Shown piece after piece: positions 61,646 through 64,000 of a stretch of DNA of 64,000 nt. The stretch spans positions 192,001 to 256,000 of the forward strand of contig CAWBEI010000002.1 of the NCBI GenBank assembly GCA_963787835.1, written 5' to 3'. The position numbers and the translations under genes were made by a program. The notes under the pieces were generated by a model. The model ran no database searches and was not told the DNA's origin. It saw only the letters and a program-made list of their open reading frames with translations. This DNA comes from Ignavibacteriota bacterium. Lineage in GTDB: Bacteria; Bacteroidota; Ignavibacteria; Palsa-1295. Each line of letters opens with the position of its first letter. Position 1 is the first letter of the stretch.

Positions 61646-61674
61646 AATATACACACTTGGAATGGCATTGTCAA
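61646..61674 (-). promoter_or_regulatory. Near-consensus sigma70-type promoter
   Basis: TTGACA (61674-61669) - 17 nt - TATATT (61651-61646), with an A-tract upstream. Confidence 0.6.
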
Positions 61675-61739
61675 GCGTTTTTAAAAAGAATCTGGAAAAG
61701 AATCGTTTGGGCAATACACCCGCTCACTCTTCCAAGAGC

Positions 61740-63077
61740 TTACAACTCGTACACCGAAATACTCACATTGGAAATAGTCACCGGACCAGAACCATCGGTA
61801 TTTTGCACGGACATATCGATCCAGATCTTCGCGGTCTGCTTCGTCGTGATAATTCCACTCAGCGAAAAAGGAAATTGGTTGACGTTATTGTGTGATTCCT
61901 GTAATTGTGCCGCCCCCAACGTTGTGCCCGTTGCTGTGACGCCATTGCCAGGTGCAGGAAACGTCGTTCCATACCGAAGCTGTAAGGAGCTTTGGTTTGG
62001 TGACGTACCCGATGTATTCAGCACGCTACCGGAGATGATGATAAAAAATAAACCGCTTCCTCCGGGGGTAATCGTGGCTGTACCACCCAATCCCATCATC
62101 ACGGCAGACGTGCTTGTGGTGGAAGCGGGATTCGATGGTGTGAACTGACCCACATTTACTGTGGCATTAGTAAAACTCGTTCCATTCGACTGCAGCACCT
62201 GACCGGCCGATCCAGACGTAGAAGGAAACGCAGTAGAGGTTGGAACATACGCTGTCCCATTTCCTTCAAGGATGTAGCCTGTCGTCCCTGTGCCGTTGAT
62301 CTTAAACCCCGTGGCAACATTAAGCACCCCAGCACCAGGATCTTTAGGGGTGGTAATGCCGAGCGTTGCGCCGCCGCTTGCATACAGATCAAAATCGGAC
62401 GCATAACCGCCATTATCTTGATTGTCCGAAATATCGAGATAGGAGGAATCGGTACTGGATGACGAAGTAAACGGGATGAGCTGCATGATCCAGTCCACCG
62501 GCTCATTCGTACCGCCCCACCCTTGCCCGTGCATGTGCAAGCGTGGCGACCACTGTTGAAGTGACGATGTCGCGGCGGTGGTATTGCTCAAAACAAGAGC
62601 ATCCACCGGTGCTGCGAGTGTTGAGGTCTCAGAAACATCCTGAGCAACCGTCCAGGTGTTCGCATGAGGAAGATCGATCTCAAGTGGCGTGGGCGAAATA
62701 CCCTTTCCGGTGAGCGTGGTGCCATCCACATTCAACGTGGTCCACGAAGTGGTGGTACCGTTCGAGGTAATGAATTGATTCGGCGAACCGGCACCATAAC
62801 TATAAACGGGATTCGTCACCACCCACGAAAGGTTACCAGAGCCATCGTTGGTGAGAAACCCGTTCGCAACTTCGGTGGCTGGCAAAATGAAAGAATATGG
62901 GGCAGTCAGCGTGGGGGCGGCGAGCGTCACAGTCGCTGTTGTACTCGACCCAGTTCCCGCAAGAACAAGGGATTTAGCATACGTTTTATCATAGACCTGC
63001 GCGGACGCATACGGCATGCCGCACGTCATGAGGATGCAAAAAACCGCCAGTGCAAAAAGAGGGATCGTGTACTTCAT
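61740..63077 (-). CDS. Secreted Thr/Ser/Gly-rich protein with phage-tail-fibre-like modules
   Basis: Signal peptide ending ASAQ; YSFILP...NGFLTNDGSGNLSW and GSAGQVLQSNG spacer motifs; C-terminal beta domain ending SISVYEL; paralogous to 63082-64000. Confidence 0.7.
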   Translation of the reverse strand: MKYTIPLFALAVFCILMTCGMPYASAQVYDKTYAKSLVLAGTGSSTTATVTLAAPTLTAPYSFILPATEVANGFLTNDGSGNLSWVVTNPVYSYGAGSPNQFITSNGTTTSWTTLNVDGTTLTGKGISPTPLEIDLPHANTWTVAQDVSETSTLAAPVDALVLSNTTAATSSLQQWSPRLHMHGQGWGGTNEPVDWIMQLIPFTSSSSTDSSYLDISDNQDNGGYASDFDLYASGGATLGITTPKDPGAGVLNVATGFKINGTGTTGYILEGNGTAYVPTSTAFPSTSGSAGQVLQSNGTSFTNATVNVGQFTPSNPASTTSTSAVMMGLGGTATITPGGSGLFFIIISGSVLNTSGTSPNQSSLQLRYGTTFPAPGNGVTATGTTLGAAQLQESHNNVNQFPFSLSGIITTKQTAKIWIDMSVQNTDGSGPVTISNVSISVYEL

Positions 63078-63081
63078 GTCG

Positions 63082-64000
63082 CTATTCTAATTCTACAATG
63101 GAAATAACGACACCGGTAAGCTGTGCATCGATAGGAGTTCCACCGGTGTAGATGGATGTAAGTGCGGGATCGACCCAATACGTGTTGCCAACGGTTAGTC
63201 CCGTAACAATGGCATTCAAGGTAAAGAACCATACGTTGTCGCCATTTGCCATGGTGGCCGTAATAGTGCTCCCGACGGCCGTACCCGAGTACGTTCCGTT
63301 TGCAGCATAGCCGTTGGCTGGTGGATAGTTGGTCCCCGTTGGGCCATAATGGATCTGGGCGCTCTCCCCAAAACCATCGGCAGTAGGATAGCCTTGTGGG
63401 AGGGTCATATTGCCAGTGATAAGGATCAGTACAACACCGCTGCCAGCAGGAGTGAACTGAGCCGTACTTCCTAAACCCATCATGACCCCGGTCGTATTGT
63501 TCGTTGTTTCCGCTGGATTCGTCGAGATCGTATATTGATGGTTGTATGGGAAGGCCGAGGTAAATCCACCCGTGGTGTTCGAAAAGATCACATTTCCTGC
63601 GCTGCCTGCAGTCGTCGGAAAGGTTGCTGATGAAGCGACGTAATCGGTCCCATTCCCAACGAGTACCTTGCCGGTACCGGCAGCGCCACCGATCTGCAAG
63701 CCCGTTCCAACATTGAGAATCCCCGCTCCCGGATCGGTGGGAGAAGTGATGCCCAACGTTGCGCCTCCACTGGCGAACACATCGAAACCACTCACATACG
63801 CTCCGCCATTCAGAGAATGTTCGAAATCGAGATACGAGGTCGTTGGGCTTGTGGATTCACTGATCGGCACAGCCTGAATGATCCAGTCTGCGGATTGACT
63901 GGCTGCGGCCCACCCCTGGCCGGTAAAATGCACCCGAGGTGCGTATTCCTGCGTGCCGGATGCCGCAGTGGTGGTATTCTCCAACAGGAGTGCATCCACC
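63082..64000 (-). CDS. Paralog of 61740-63077 (5'-truncated by window edge)
   Basis: Colinear motifs DAL.L.NTT, PR.H..GQGW, DWI.Q, ASGGATLGIT.P.DPGAG.LNV, VMMGLG, TP.GSG; ends ISIVELE; 4-nt gap to the next gene. Confidence 0.75.
   Translation of the reverse strand, partial: VDALLLENTTTAASGTQEYAPRVHFTGQGWAAASQSADWIIQAVPISESTSPTTSYLDFEHSLNGGAYVSGFDVFASGGATLGITSPTDPGAGILNVGTGLQIGGAAGTGKVLVGNGTDYVASSATFPTTAGSAGNVIFSNTTGGFTSAFPYNHQYTISTNPAETTNNTTGVMMGLGSTAQFTPAGSGVVLILITGNMTLPQGYPTADGFGESAQIHYGPTGTNYPPANGYAANGTYSGTAVGSTITATMANGDNVWFFTLNAIVTGLTVGNTYWVDPALTSIYTGGTPIDAQLTGVVISIVELE

Noticed and set aside
61740-64000. Prophage tail module
   Set aside because: The complete paralog has a Sec signal peptide and no capsid, terminase, integrase or lysis genes are in the window. 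The region beyond 64000 cannot be assessed.

Overview
Chromosomal region of an FCB-group bacterium. T9SS-type C-terminal domains, signal peptides ending in ...AQ and TAnnTTTG promoter boxes suggest a Kapabacteria/Ignavibacteria-like lineage (inference). It carries housekeeping genes (lysS, argD-like, yebC, methylmalonyl-CoA mutase, accA, nadC, aroF, rsmE, ftsY, mutL, mdh), a ~20 kb Wzx/Wzy-type surface polysaccharide locus, a two-component system + 2 TonB receptors + haem-type ABC transporter, a frameshifted CDF transporter and two tandem secreted proteins built from phage-tail-fibre-like modules. I found no rRNA, tRNA, CRISPR array, transposase or integrase. The most notable unexplained structures are: (1) a GNAT gene enclosed by ~55-bp inverted repeats that each start at the stop codon of a convergent neighbour (cassette-like, no mobiliser in view); (2) several unrelated palindromic/REP-like and heptamer repeat families in intergenic DNA, one sitting in frame in a predicted N-terminus; (3) three 11-bp-spaced direct repeats plus a likely leaderless promoter linking the two-component system to the TonB/haem operon; (4) a leaderless uORF running through a GTAG-type hairpin and coupled to proline dehydrogenase; (5) an orphan TTGACA-N17-TATATT promoter with a boxA-like motif and no rRNA upstream of mdh; (6) the tandem signal-peptide-bearing fibre-like paralogs. 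Family assignments come from motif recognition only; no searches were run.
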